Positions 40,001 to 50,855 are shown, counted from the first letter of the stretch. The stretch: 64,000 nucleotides of DNA from Bacilli bacterium (GCA_045536365.1 JAZSNL010000014.1:19473-83472); one strand, 5' to 3'. The notes: a model not told the origin generated them from the letters alone. Translations and numbers: made by a program.

Positions 40001-40726
40001 CTAATGTTTAACGCCGATTTTAACTACAAGGCGATCTTTTCTTGTTGTTTTAACAATCTCTAATATTGTTATTCTACCATATTTTCTAATACTTAACATA
40101 TCAGATACATTTATTTTTTTATCTATATCTAAACACTCAACATGATTTATTCTAACTAAACCTGTTGTTATCATTTTACATGCATCATTTCGACTAATTC
40201 TTAATGCACTTGAGATTACCGCATCTAATCTCATACTAGGAATATTAATTGTTGTTTCTATTTCTTCAGTTTCTAAACAGTCTAAATTATTTATTTTAAT
40301 AAGTTCAATATTTTGATTATTTACTGAATTAAAGTTTTCTTCTAAATATTTACTAATAGTTAAACTACATACTAAATAATAATCAAAATTTTTACCAACA
40401 ATTATGTCACCAAATGTATTTCTCTTAATTCCTAAACTCATTAGTGTTCCTAATATATTACGATGATTAAAAGCATTTAATTTAGAATTACTATTAAATT
40501 TATAGATTACTATTTCAAAATCATCTTGAACTAGTTCAATATTATCTTTATATTTAATAATTGCTCTTTTTCTTTCTGAATCTTCATAACCACCATTAAA
40601 TATAATTTCTAGTTCTTTATTATTAATAGATTTTATTTCTCTTTGTTCTTCTAAATCTAAAAATGGTGTTAAAACATATTCACCATCTAAAGCTCTTTTT
40701 TCATAATCATTTTTATATAAAAACAT
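40001..40726 (-). CDS. ylmH: YlmH-like RNA-binding S4-domain protein (dcw cluster)
   Basis: 241 aa. C-terminal S4 domain [29 protein letters not shown]. Position between sepF and ileS. Confidence 0.7.
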   Translation of the reverse strand: MFLYKNDYEKRALDGEYVLTPFLDLEEQREIKSINNKELEIIFNGGYEDSERKRAIIKYKDNIELVQDDFEIVIYKFNSNSKLNAFNHRNILGTLMSLGIKRNTFGDIIVGKNFDYYLVCSLTISKYLEENFNSVNNQNIELIKINNLDCLETEEIETTINIPSMRLDAVISSALRISRNDACKMITTGLVRINHVECLDIDKKINVSDMLSIRKYGRITILEIVKTTRKDRLVVKIGVKH

Positions 40727-40727
40727 A

Positions 40728-41060
40728 TTAATTAAATCTTGTTACTTCTTTTGTATATTGATGTAATGTTCCGTCTTCAAACGCAACAGCAGATCCAAAA
40801 AGGAATGTTTCTTTACCAAGTCTATGAGTTTCCCCATCTGTTGCGTAAACAGTTCCTGTTAAAAAAGCGACAACTCGATTAACATCATCAACACTCTCTA
40901 CTTTTTCAAAATTACAAATTACAGCTCGATGAGCTATTATACAATCAGCAAGTTCGTAAGCTTGTTCATCAATATCTCTACTAGGATCCATTGTATAAAA
41001 TAATAAGCTTTCAAATGCTGTTCCTATTCTTGTTTCAGATTTTCTTTTTCTTCCAAACAT
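40728..41060 (-). CDS. sepF: cell division protein SepF (YlmF), short form
   Basis: 110 aa. Conserved SepF core (VICNFEKV...VAFLTGTVYATDG...FLFGS). Sits between yggS and ylmH. Confidence 0.7.
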   Translation of the reverse strand: MFGRKRKSETRIGTAFESLLFYTMDPSRDIDEQAYELADCIIAHRAVICNFEKVESVDDVNRVVAFLTGTVYATDGETHRLGKETFLFGSAVAFEDGTLHQYTKEVTRFN

Positions 41061-41068
41061 AGTTACTC

Positions 41069-41728
41069 CTATTTAGACAATATACTACCTAATCTTACCA
41101 TTGTTGAACCATGTTTAACAGCTAATAAGTAATCATTACTCATTCCCATTGATAATTCAGTACATGGAGCATAAGGTAAATTAAGTGCTTGAATTTCTTT
41201 TTGTAATTCCTGCATTGTTTCAAAGTAACTTTCTAATACATCTTCATCAAAAGTATATACAGCAGTAGTCATTAATCCAACTACTTCTATTTTTTCATAT
41301 TTTCCTAAATGTTTAATAAATGGAATTACTTTTGATTCACTAAATCCAGATTTATTTGAATTATTAGATAAATTTACTTGAACAAAACATTTTAAAGGCT
41401 CTTTTTTCTTTCTAGCTTTATTTATTGCGTTAGCTAAATCAATTGAATTTAGTGAATGTAAATAATCAATACTATCAATAAAATTACTAGCTAGTTTAGG
41501 AGGTATTTTAATATCTCCAAAATAATGCCATATAATATCATAATCTTTTAATGCTTCATATTTTGCAAGAAAAGTATCTTTACGATTTTCTCCTATTTCA
41601 TTGATACCCGCATTAACTATTTCAATTGTTTTATCTATATCAAAATATTTGACTGCTCCTATGATTCTAACATTAGGATAGTCTTTCAAAGATTCTTTTA
41701 TTTTTTTCACTTGTTCTGCGATACTCAT
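41069..41728 (-). CDS. yggS: YggS/YlmE family pyridoxal-phosphate homeostasis protein
   Basis: 219 aa. IIGAVKYFD PLP-lysine region, INEIGENR block, C-terminal GMSNDY...GSTMVRLG. Confidence 0.8.
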   Translation of the reverse strand: MSIAEQVKKIKESLKDYPNVRIIGAVKYFDIDKTIEIVNAGINEIGENRKDTFLAKYEALKDYDIIWHYFGDIKIPPKLASNFIDSIDYLHSLNSIDLANAINKARKKKEPLKCFVQVNLSNNSNKSGFSESKVIPFIKHLGKYEKIEVVGLMTTAVYTFDEDVLESYFETMQELQKEIQALNLPYAPCTELSMGMSNDYLLAVKHGSTMVRLGSILSK

Positions 41729-41762
41729 ATTATCACCCTTATTGCGTATTTTCTTTTTATAT

Positions 41763-41791
41763 ATTATACCATATTTTGATATTTTTTACAA
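41763..41791 (-). promoter_or_regulatory. sigma-A-type promoter for the yggS-sepF-ylmH-ileS transcription unit
   Basis: On the minus strand: TTGTAA, a 17-nt spacer, then TATAAT, about 35 nt upstream of the yggS start. Confidence 0.5.
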
Positions 41792-41829
41792 GGCTTTTAT
41801 AATATTGATTTTTGAGTTTATTTATTAAT

Positions 41830-41866
41830 AAAAAAGCTATTAATTTTACTTAATAGCTTTACTTTT
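41830..41866. terminator. intrinsic terminator after the lipoprotein gene
   Basis: aaagctattaa-ttttactt-aatagcttt hairpin with T-run. Confidence 0.55.
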
Positions 41867-42766
41867 TTATTCAAATGTGTCATTTTTTAAAATCTTTATT
41901 TTCTTATTGTGAAGTGAATTCAATCGTATTAAATATTCTCCATTTACATCTTTAAAAATACCCTTAGGAACAAATACTGAACATCTGTATCCAAGTAATT
42001 CTGACAAAATCTTTTTCACCGTTTCTCCTTGCGGAATTTTACCTTCAAGCAAATATTCAACTTTTATTATTAAAATCTCATTTCTTTCATTTTCATCCAT
42101 ATCTGAAGAATTATTTTCTCTCATATCATACTTTGAAAGGTAATGAAATTCTTCTAATTCTATACATACATTAAAACTAACAATTGTATCAATGCTATTT
42201 TTAGGGAATGCGTTATCTATACATTCTACTTTAACATATTCTTCAACAGAATCAATATCCATATATGTTATATAACTATCTAAACGATAATCATTCCATG
42301 AGTCATCTGATTTATTATGTGGAGTATACTCTATATCAAAAAAATTTAAATTTTTCAATTCTTCATTGCTTATATTTTTAAATACGTAACTAAAAGTAGC
42401 ATCGAATTTTATCATACTAGACAATCCTTGTTCAACATAATATTCATACATATGAGGATGAGGATAAGGTAAATAGAAGTCATGAGGATTATATCTAATT
42501 TTATATTTGTAATTTAATAATTCTAACAAATCATTCATATCAATATTATCATTAAAATTATTGATTAAAGATGTTTTAACAGACACAGAACCTTCCTCGA
42601 AACAATCGCTACCTATCACATTACCATACAAATCATATAATATAAAACTTGGATGATTTCCTTTTTTATATGGAGGAAGCGGATGGTTTCCAACAGAAAC
42701 AGGATCGCATCCCGATAATAGTATTAAACCTAATACCACTAAAATCATAAGTATTTTTCTATACAT
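41867..42766 (-). CDS. lipoprotein, hypothetical (299 aa)
   Basis: Signal peptide with lipobox LLSGC. Start overlaps the upstream secreted-protease-like gene by 8 nt. Confidence 0.6.
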   Translation of the reverse strand: MYRKILMILVVLGLILLSGCDPVSVGNHPLPPYKKGNHPSFILYDLYGNVIGSDCFEEGSVSVKTSLINNFNDNIDMNDLLELLNYKYKIRYNPHDFYLPYPHPHMYEYYVEQGLSSMIKFDATFSYVFKNISNEELKNLNFFDIEYTPHNKSDDSWNDYRLDSYITYMDIDSVEEYVKVECIDNAFPKNSIDTIVSFNVCIELEEFHYLSKYDMRENNSSDMDENERNEILIIKVEYLLEGKIPQGETVKKILSELLGYRCSVFVPKGIFKDVNGEYLIRLNSLHNKKIKILKNDTFE

Positions 42767-44744
42767 CTAAATTCTCCTCTTCTTCACAATAATTATTTTC
42801 AACATATAAACAGTTATACATATTTATAGTTTCCTTAATTTTCAAAATATCTTCATCTGTTTCTAATGAGGTAACTTGTCCTGTATCAAACCAATAAGAT
42901 GAAGTAAAAGGGCATCCGGAACAAATATAATTATGTGTAAATTTTATATAAGACATATTATGATACGAATTAATATTATATTCACCACAAGGACATACTC
43001 GCCAATGTCTAACTTCATCATACTCAATTGGCATATGATTCGAATCTAATGACGGTCCGTGATCATATAAAAAGCCACAGATCGTACAATAATACGCATA
43101 TCCAACTGGTCCATCTCGATCTTCACATATTAACATTTGAAATTCATGTTCACTTTCTTGATAAAAACAGCCTGCAGCAGAGCAATCATGACTCAAATTA
43201 TTCGTATTCATAGTTGGTTGATAATAATCAACTCTGTCACTATGGTAACTTTGGCAAGCATTACAAAAGTCATTAATAAAATAACAACCTTCAAAGAAAG
43301 TGACATCCTTCCTTATCAGAGATTCAACTATTTGATGGATACTCGAATCTTCATTAATTTCATCTGTCACTAATGTTTCCCCAAACATTGAACACGAAAT
43401 ATCCCATTTTTTCTCTTCTTTAATTTGCTCATTATACACATTTATAGCAAAAAAATTATATCCATCCGCTTTAACATATGCGTAATTATAGTATTGCATC
43501 CCAAAATTTACTTTATACCAAACATCACCATTTTCAAGTTCTACATATCCATAAGCTACTACTGCATGTGCTATCAAAGGATCAAAAACAATTGACAATG
43601 TATTATCAAAAAAAGGATAAATATAGTCTGCGCCATCAAACCCTAAAAGTACAGGAATGTTTCTATCAATACAAGAAATTATTAAATCATTTCTCAAATT
43701 AGGAGAAAAATTAATATTTTGACTATCTACATAAACCGCTAAGTCATCACCTAATTCATCTAAATTATGAATCAAATCGATGTCATTATCATCACAATAT
43801 TTCTGTAATATATCATCAACAATGGAAAAATACATTCCACCACCGGTATAAATTTTTCCAGTACAAGATCTATAGTCATCTAGAAGTTCATTTTTCAATC
43901 CAGTATTGAATCCTGGGCTTTGGTTATAGAGCACCCATTCATCATCACATAATTCATCCATTTCTTCTAACGTTTCTTCGTAATAAATAATTCCATGTTC
44001 GCTATAGTCGTCATTAACCAACCGAGTATCAGAAAAATAATTATAAAAAGATAAAATTTGCATTAAAGAAACCAATAAACAAGTACCATCAATATTTACA
44101 GGATAATTTTCGTTTAAATTTTCTAAATAATAGGCATTTTCAATTTCCCTATATAATACATTTGATATATTTTCTCCATAATATGTAGACAAAATAAGAT
44201 TTAAATCAGTTGAATTGTAATGTATTTCATAAGTCCTTTCGATATTAAAAAACAAGTTATAAACATCTGCTCTATATACATCATATACAGACTCTACATA
44301 TATGCCTTCTTCAATATAGTAGTTTAATTGTATAATTTCATCAGTTATGCAATCAAAATAATAATAATTATATGTAATATTTCCATTACTATCATTTCCT
44401 TCAATTGTATAAAACTTCAAACAATCGCTAGAAATGTCGCGCCATGGAAACGGAATATTGCCCTCCATCTCAACATTATTCAAATACCATTCGTTGTTTG
44501 AGTAACTGATAATTAGTTCAGAAGAATAAATATCGTTTAAACTGATTTGAGTGTTACCTTCTAAATATTCATATACAATATCTAAATCCCAACAATAATC
44601 ATTATAATAAACTATTTGATCTTTGTTAATAAATTCATCATTTTCAATCACTTCATTCCTAGTAGCAGCTTTTACTTCATCAGATGAAAATCGACAAAGT
44701 GAAACTACTCCAATTAAAACTAAAATATAAATCATTTTTTTCAT
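42759..44744 (-). CDS. secreted protein with a papain-fold-like (clan CA; C39/C1-like) cysteine peptidase domain candidate and Cys/His-rich C-terminal domain
   Basis: 661 aa. Signal peptide MKKMIYILVLIGVVSLC...VKA. Candidate catalytic Cys in DGTCLLVSLMQILSFYNYF (cf. C39 GPACLAMILKYYG) and His in IAHAVVAYGYVELENGDVWYK (HAVVxxGY). C-terminal ~190 aa holds about 20 Cys and many His (CNACQSYH, CPCGEY, CSGCPF). Confidence 0.45.
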   Translation of the reverse strand: MKKMIYILVLIGVVSLCRFSSDEVKAATRNEVIENDEFINKDQIVYYNDYCWDLDIVYEYLEGNTQISLNDIYSSELIISYSNNEWYLNNVEMEGNIPFPWRDISSDCLKFYTIEGNDSNGNITYNYYYFDCITDEIIQLNYYIEEGIYVESVYDVYRADVYNLFFNIERTYEIHYNSTDLNLILSTYYGENISNVLYREIENAYYLENLNENYPVNIDGTCLLVSLMQILSFYNYFSDTRLVNDDYSEHGIIYYEETLEEMDELCDDEWVLYNQSPGFNTGLKNELLDDYRSCTGKIYTGGGMYFSIVDDILQKYCDDNDIDLIHNLDELGDDLAVYVDSQNINFSPNLRNDLIISCIDRNIPVLLGFDGADYIYPFFDNTLSIVFDPLIAHAVVAYGYVELENGDVWYKVNFGMQYYNYAYVKADGYNFFAINVYNEQIKEEKKWDISCSMFGETLVTDEINEDSSIHQIVESLIRKDVTFFEGCYFINDFCNACQSYHSDRVDYYQPTMNTNNLSHDCSAAGCFYQESEHEFQMLICEDRDGPVGYAYYCTICGFLYDHGPSLDSNHMPIEYDEVRHWRVCPCGEYNINSYHNMSYIKFTHNYICSGCPFTSSYWFDTGQVTSLETDEDILKIKETINMYNCLYVENNYCEEEENLDV

Positions 44745-44857
44745 GCCACTTTAATCTCCTTTGAATCTCTCTCACTTACTTTATTATATTATATTATATT
44801 ATGTTTTACATTGCAAGAATTTTATAGCATAAACATTTAATATATTTCAACCATTAT

Positions 44858-44895
44858 CTAATAAAAATAAAAGAGCCATTTTTCAATGACTCTTT
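44858..44895. terminator. intrinsic terminator after argS (minus strand)
   Basis: aaagagccatt-tttc-aatgactcttt hairpin, with ttattttt on the minus strand. Confidence 0.55.
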
Positions 44896-44896
44896 A

Positions 44897-46558
44897 TTAC
44901 ATTTTTTCAGGTGCTGAAACACCAATTTGATATAAACTATCATTTAATACAATTTGAATAGCTTTTAATACAGTTAGTTTTTCCATTGTTGCATCTAAAT
45001 TATCAGTTATTACTTTTTCATCATTATAATAACTATGCAATGCATACGCTACTTCACTGATATAGTGAGTTAGCTTATGAACTAATCTCTTAGTTGCAAT
45101 TTCTTCAATTACACTAGGATATCTCATTAATAATACACAAATGTCTTTAACACGGTCAGTATTAATGTTATTAAATGATTGAACAGGTTTAAATTCATGT
45201 CCTAATTCTGCAAAGTTTTTAAATATAGAACAAATTCTTGCGTGGGCATATTGAGCATAGAAAACAGGGTTATCATTAGATTTTTGTTTCATTAATCCTA
45301 AATCTAAATCCATATGAGTATTTAATGATTTATCAACATAGAAATATCTTAACGCATCACTACCTACTTCTTCAATTAAATCCATAAGTGTAATAGCTTT
45401 ACCACTTCTCTTACTCATTTTAATTTCTACACCATTTTCAATAATTCTAACCATTTGTAACATTTCAATATCAATTAAATCACTTCTACCGCCAATCATT
45501 GTAACAGCAGCTTTTAATCTATCAATATATCCATGATGATCTGAACCAAGTACATCTATTAAGTGATCATATCCTCTTGATAATTTATTCGCATGATATG
45601 CAATATCAGGTAATACATAAGTGTAATTTCCATCACTCTTAATAATTACACGGTCTTTTTCATCGCCATATAAAGATGTTTTTAACCATAATGCGCCTTC
45701 TTGTTCATAAGTATATCCAGCTGATCCTAATTGATCTAATACTTTTTGAACTGCTCCTTCAGCGTATAATGATTTTTCACTAAACCATACATCAAAAGTA
45801 ACATTGAATTTTTCTAAATCTCTCTTTAAATTACCAAGTAGACATTCAGTACCAAAGTTTCTAAAGAAATCTAAATCAAAGTTATTTAAATATTTATCAG
45901 AATATAATTCTTTTACCTTTTCTGCAACAGTGATGATTTCTTTACCATGGTAATAATCATCTTTCATTTCACAAGGAAGGCCAAATAATTCTTTGTATCT
46001 TTCATATACACTTAATGCCATATTAGTAATTTGATTACCTGCATCATTAACATAGTGTTCTTTATCAACATTAAAGCCAGCTTTTTTCATAATTCTTGCA
46101 AGAGAATCGCCATATGCTGCGCCACGACCATGACCGATATGTAAATAACCAGTTGGATTTGCAGAAACAAATTCAAGATTTATTCTTTTACCGTTACCAA
46201 CATTAGATTCTCCATAATGTTCTTGTTCAGTTATGATTTTATTAATACATCCTAAGAAATAACTATTTTTAACAGTTAAGTTAATAAAACCAGGTCCAGC
46301 AATTTCAATTTTTTCAACATACATAGCATCTAAATCAACTTTAGATATTACTTCATTCGCAATATCTAATGGTCTTTTTTTAGCTATCTTTGTTAATTTC
46401 ATTGCAATGTTAGTCGCAAAATCACCATGATCTTTATCTTTAGGTGATTCAATAAAAACATCTTCTACTGATTTAATTATATCATTAGGTACGTATCCTA
46501 ATTCTTTAGCCGCTTTAAATAGTTCTTCTTTTATTTTTTGTACTAAATAAACTAGCAT
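44897..46558 (-). CDS. argS: arginine--tRNA ligase
   Basis: 553 aa. Class I HIGH-type motif region ANPTGYLHIGHGRGAAYGD, MSKRSGK (KMSK-like), C-terminal anticodon-binding DALR domain. Confidence 0.9.
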   Translation of the reverse strand: MLVYLVQKIKEELFKAAKELGYVPNDIIKSVEDVFIESPKDKDHGDFATNIAMKLTKIAKKRPLDIANEVISKVDLDAMYVEKIEIAGPGFINLTVKNSYFLGCINKIITEQEHYGESNVGNGKRINLEFVSANPTGYLHIGHGRGAAYGDSLARIMKKAGFNVDKEHYVNDAGNQITNMALSVYERYKELFGLPCEMKDDYYHGKEIITVAEKVKELYSDKYLNNFDLDFFRNFGTECLLGNLKRDLEKFNVTFDVWFSEKSLYAEGAVQKVLDQLGSAGYTYEQEGALWLKTSLYGDEKDRVIIKSDGNYTYVLPDIAYHANKLSRGYDHLIDVLGSDHHGYIDRLKAAVTMIGGRSDLIDIEMLQMVRIIENGVEIKMSKRSGKAITLMDLIEEVGSDALRYFYVDKSLNTHMDLDLGLMKQKSNDNPVFYAQYAHARICSIFKNFAELGHEFKPVQSFNNINTDRVKDICVLLMRYPSVIEEIATKRLVHKLTHYISEVAYALHSYYNDEKVITDNLDATMEKLTVLKAIQIVLNDSLYQIGVSAPEKM

Positions 46559-46574
46559 AATACACCTCTATATT

Positions 46575-47570
46575 TTAATTAAATTGATTTTGATATTCAA
46601 TAATACTATTATTTATTTTATTTTTTAATTCATTACTTGGCATTTCCTTATTTGCAAGTTCTAATGCCCATAGAATAGCTCCTAATACAGGAGGTTCTTT
46701 TAAAATAATAAATTCACATTTTTTCTTAGTTAATTCAAATACTGTTTCTTTAAACTTGTTAAACATATTATCATTAGTAGCTTTAGCCCAAATAGAACCA
46801 GCTAAAATTACATTAATAGGTTCAATAAATTCTAATTCCCTAATAACACCTGCTATTGATTTTCCCATATTCCAACCAGCAGTTTCAAGAATTTCAATGG
46901 CAACTTCATCACCTTCATTAGCTCTTCTAAATAAAGATTGAACTAAGAATTTAGAATCAACTCTTTTATTAATAATTACATCACGTAGATCTAAATAATT
47001 ATCAACACCATACATTTCAAAAACATCTTTTTGAATTAACGTAGGTTTACCAAATCTAAAACAAGCATCATATGTAGCACGTACTGCAGCTCGTGCAAGG
47101 AAACTTCCACCTGCTTCATCACCAGCTACATAACCAATACCACCGATTTGGAACCAATTATTCTTATTATCAACTCCAATATTAACAGTACCTGTTCCAT
47201 TAATAGAACAAACACCAGTTCCATTAGGAGAAGCAGCTTTAATACCTAAAAAGCCATCATTAACTACTTGATAATTCTTAAATCCAATTCTTTCAACAAC
47301 TTCAATTAATTTCTTTTGTTGAAAAGGACAATCTACTCCAGCAAGACCAAAAGCACCTGCTTCAACATCTTCAATAGTTAATCCATTACGACTTAATAAT
47401 TGTCCGATATTATGACTCATTACACGATATGATCCTTCAAAACTATCAGATAAACCTTCATGGCTACAAGTTCCACTTCTTATTCCATCTATATAATTTC
47501 CTTCAACATCATATAACATGTAATCAGTTTTAGTGTTTCCACCATCTACGCCAATTACATATTTTTTCAT
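46575..47570 (-). CDS. BadF/BadG/BcrA/BcrD-type ATPase, N-acetylglucosamine kinase-like
   Basis: 331 aa. N-terminal VIGVDGGNTKTDY (ASKHA fold phosphate-1 motif) and internal GTGT...GG motifs. Confidence 0.7.
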   Translation of the reverse strand: MKKYVIGVDGGNTKTDYMLYDVEGNYIDGIRSGTCSHEGLSDSFEGSYRVMSHNIGQLLSRNGLTIEDVEAGAFGLAGVDCPFQQKKLIEVVERIGFKNYQVVNDGFLGIKAASPNGTGVCSINGTGTVNIGVDNKNNWFQIGGIGYVAGDEAGGSFLARAAVRATYDACFRFGKPTLIQKDVFEMYGVDNYLDLRDVIINKRVDSKFLVQSLFRRANEGDEVAIEILETAGWNMGKSIAGVIRELEFIEPINVILAGSIWAKATNDNMFNKFKETVFELTKKKCEFIILKEPPVLGAILWALELANKEMPSNELKNKINNSIIEYQNQFN

Positions 47571-48856
47571 TATTCTTCCTCTTTATTAAATTGTGGTAAG
47601 AATTCTTTATGTGCTTCTAATAATTCATCAAAACAAGCTGATGCAGTTCTTAAATCACCACATAATGGGTTCATAACAAGTGCACGCATAGCTTCAATTT
47701 TTGAGCCTTCTAATGCAGCTCTAACAGCATGTTTTTCATAAGCTTTAACTTGACGAATATATTCTTTTAAGTGATCATTAACAACACCAGTAACTTTAAT
47801 AGGTTCAGCGCCATTTTTACCAATACGAGCACATACTTCAACAGCATCATTATCATCTAAGAAATCCATTGCGCCTTTATTAAGTACGTTAACAACTTGA
47901 ATATCACCTACGTCATTCCAAATAGAATTAACAAGATTAATTGCAACTTCACTATATCTAGCTCCACCACGTTGAGAAAGTTGAGCAGGTTTTACATGAA
48001 GTTCAGCATTTTGATAAATTTCAAGAAGTTCTTCTTCAATTTCCATACATCTTTCACCACGTGATTTTTCAGCATGTTTTAAGTGTTCTAATTTACTGTC
48101 TTTGAAATAATAATATTCTAAATAACTTGTTGGAATTGCACCAATAGCTGCAATTTGTTCTTTTGTAAATCCACTTGAAGGGATATTTTTCATTGATTCA
48201 CTATTTAAACCAGCATTTAATGCTTCTTGTAAATAATCTTTACCATCTTGTTCAATTTTTGTAATAAATGCAAAGTGGTTAAGTCCCATATATTCAATTT
48301 CAGCATTAGGTAACTTCATAGCACGTTTAATACCATCAATTGTATTAATAGGAACATTACATAAACCCATCATTTTTACATTTGTATGATTTAATAAAGC
48401 TTCAGCAATCATACCAGATGGATTAGAGAAGTTAATTAACCATGCATCAGGACAATGTTTTTCCATAAGTTTAACAATGTTCATCATTACAGGAATTGTT
48501 CTTAATCCTTTAAACATACCACCAATACCACAAGTTTCTTGACCAATTAAATTATGTTTAAGAGGAATCTTTTCATCTTTAACACGAGCAGGTAATTTAC
48601 CTACACGAATTTGACAAAGAACAAAATCAGCACCTTCTAATGCATAAGCATAATCATTTAAAACAAGTTCTGTTTTACAAGGAAGTCCTGCTGCAGAAAT
48701 CATTCTTTGGCATAAACTACCAACAATATTTAATTTTCTTTCATCAATATCCATAAACACTAAATGTGTTACAGGAAGGGTATCTCTTTTATTAATAATA
48801 CCTTCAACTAATTCTGGAGTATATGTGCTACCAGCACCGATAATACAAATTTTCAT
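47570..48856 (-). CDS. glycoside hydrolase family 4 enzyme (NAD/Mn-dependent 6-phospho-glucosidase type)
   Basis: 428 aa. MKICIIGAGSTYTPELV N-terminal Rossmann of GH4, the conserved Cys region GLCNVP, typical length. Confidence 0.75.
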   Translation of the reverse strand: MKICIIGAGSTYTPELVEGIINKRDTLPVTHLVFMDIDERKLNIVGSLCQRMISAAGLPCKTELVLNDYAYALEGADFVLCQIRVGKLPARVKDEKIPLKHNLIGQETCGIGGMFKGLRTIPVMMNIVKLMEKHCPDAWLINFSNPSGMIAEALLNHTNVKMMGLCNVPINTIDGIKRAMKLPNAEIEYMGLNHFAFITKIEQDGKDYLQEALNAGLNSESMKNIPSSGFTKEQIAAIGAIPTSYLEYYYFKDSKLEHLKHAEKSRGERCMEIEEELLEIYQNAELHVKPAQLSQRGGARYSEVAINLVNSIWNDVGDIQVVNVLNKGAMDFLDDNDAVEVCARIGKNGAEPIKVTGVVNDHLKEYIRQVKAYEKHAVRAALEGSKIEAMRALVMNPLCGDLRTASACFDELLEAHKEFLPQFNKEEE

Positions 48857-48868
48857 ATTCTTACCTCT

Positions 48869-50017
48869 TTATTTTAAATATTTTTTTAATGTCTCAACAC
48901 GATCTAATCTTTCCCAAGATAAGTCTAAATCATCTCTGCCAAAATGTCCATAAGCAGCAGTTTGTTCATAAATAGGTTTTCTTAAATCAAGTGCCGCAAT
49001 AATTGCTTTAGGACTCATATCAAAATTAGCTTTAACAATTTCAATTAATTCAACTTCATTATACTTTGAAGTACCAAATGTTTCAATACAAATAGAAATA
49101 GGTTGGCTCATACCAATTGCATATGATAATTGAATTTGCATTTTTTCAGCAAATCCAGCTGCAACCATATTCTTTGCAATATATCTAGCCATATAAGTAG
49201 CACTTCTATCAACTTTAGTTGGGTCTTTTCCACTGAAAGCCCCTCCACCGTGAGGAACATATCCTCCATAAGTATCAACAATAATTTTTCTTCCTGTTAA
49301 ACCAGAATCTCCTTTTGGTCCACCAATAACAAATCTTCCTGTAGGATTAACTAAAATAATAGTATTTTCATCCATTAATTCACTAGGAACAACTGTTTTA
49401 ATAACATCATTAATCATAACTTGTCTAATCCAATCAAGATCAACACTTTCATCATGTTGAGTAGAAATTAAAATAGTATGAATTCTTCTAACACTACCAT
49501 CTTCTGCATATTCAACAGAAACTTGTGTTTTACCATCAGGTCTTAATTGAGATGGATACTTAGTTTTACGTACTTCAGTTAATTTTCTTGCTAACTTATG
49601 AGCTAACATTATTGCAAGAGGCATGTACTCAGGAGTTTCTTTACAAGCATAACCAAACATAATCCCTTGGTCACCAGCACCTTCTCCATCACGAACACCC
49701 ATCGCAATATCAGGAGATTGTTCTTTTAAACTTGTAATAACTGCTAAGTTTTCAGCATCAAATCCAATTTTACCTCTATTATAACCAATACGATCAACTA
49801 CTCTTCTCGCGATTTCTTGAACATCACAATAACCTTTTGTAGTAATTTCTCCCATGATTAATACAAGACCTGTTGTTGCACAAACTTCACAAGCTACTTT
49901 AGAATAAGGATCTTGTTTTAAAATATCATCTAAAATCGCATCAGATATTTGGTCACACACTTTATCAGGATGACCTTCTGTTACAGATTCAGATGTAAAT
50001 ATTCTTATATTCTCCAT
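48869..50017 (-). CDS. metK: S-adenosylmethionine synthetase
   Basis: [19 protein letters not shown]..., [12 protein letters not shown] and DTYGG motifs. RBS aagagg 7 nt before the ATG at 50017 (the listed ORF starts 6 codons upstream). Confidence 0.9.
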   Translation of the reverse strand: MENIRIFTSESVTEGHPDKVCDQISDAILDDILKQDPYSKVACEVCATTGLVLIMGEITTKGYCDVQEIARRVVDRIGYNRGKIGFDAENLAVITSLKEQSPDIAMGVRDGEGAGDQGIMFGYACKETPEYMPLAIMLAHKLARKLTEVRKTKYPSQLRPDGKTQVSVEYAEDGSVRRIHTILISTQHDESVDLDWIRQVMINDVIKTVVPSELMDENTIILVNPTGRFVIGGPKGDSGLTGRKIIVDTYGGYVPHGGGAFSGKDPTKVDRSATYMARYIAKNMVAAGFAEKMQIQLSYAIGMSQPISICIETFGTSKYNEVELIEIVKANFDMSPKAIIAALDLRKPIYEQTAAYGHFGRDDLDLSWERLDRVETLKKYLK

Positions 50018-50089
50018 AATAATACCTCTTTTCATTCTTTAATATTATACTATATTTTTCCTTTTTTTGCAAGCACCAATACCTTTTAA

Positions 50090-50740
50090 TTATTCTTTAA
50101 AAAATAAATCCCATTTCCCACCAATTGGATTTTCAATAAATTCCATTTTTTCCTTCGTTACAGGATGATTAAATGATAAACTATATGCATGTAAATAAAG
50201 TTTTCCATCATACTTTTCATCATATAAGGCATCTCCTAAAACAGGATTATTTCTACTACTAAATTGAACTCTTATTTGATGATGACGACCTGTTAATAAT
50301 TCAATATCAACTAAATTTAAATTATCTAATCTCTTAACTACTTTATATTTTAATTTAGCTTCCTTGCCATTCTTATCAACATGTGAAACGCCAGTTGATT
50401 CATTTTTCATTAAACTATCAACCATTTCACCACTATCTGAAATAGTTCCTTTAACAATTGCATAATACTTTTTACTAAACAAATGATTTCTAATATCATT
50501 TGATAATCTAGAAGATGCTTTTGAAGTCTTACCAAATACCATTACACCACTTGTCATTCGGTCAAGTCGGTGAATTAACCCTAAATAAACATTACCAGGT
50601 TTTTGATATTTTATTTTAATATATTCTTTTATTAAACTTAACATATCATCATCTTTTGTATTATCAGCCTGTGATAAAATACCACTAGGTTTAACAACAA
50701 CAATGATATGATTATCTTCATATAAAATTTTAAACTTCAT
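50090..50740 (-). CDS. RluA-family pseudouridine synthase
   Basis: HRLDRMTSGVMVF catalytic Asp motif and downstream GRHHQIRVQF. The ATG at 50740 is preferred; the listed ORF uses a TTG. Confidence 0.8.
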   Translation of the reverse strand: MKFKILYEDNHIIVVVKPSGILSQADNTKDDDMLSLIKEYIKIKYQKPGNVYLGLIHRLDRMTSGVMVFGKTSKASSRLSNDIRNHLFSKKYYAIVKGTISDSGEMVDSLMKNESTGVSHVDKNGKEAKLKYKVVKRLDNLNLVDIELLTGRHHQIRVQFSSRNNPVLGDALYDEKYDGKLYLHAYSLSFNHPVTKEKMEFIENPIGGKWDLFFKE

Positions 50741-50855
50741 AAACATCAACCTTTCTTAATATATTATACCAAATTTATCATTAAAGGTAAATCAAAACAT
50801 TAATATTGATAAATTACTAATAAACATATTAAGTAAAAATTTCCTATCATTTATC

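Noticed and set aside
44775-44800. (attat)n microsatellite-like run in the argS downstream intergenic region
   Set aside because: Only about 4 short units in an AT-rich spacer. It is most likely compositional, with no evidence of function or phase variation.
50036-50089. Possible SAM riboswitch (S-box) upstream of metK
   Set aside because: Only 54 nt separate metK from the upstream rluA-family gene. That is too short for an S-box aptamer plus expression platform, and no conserved S-box elements were visible.
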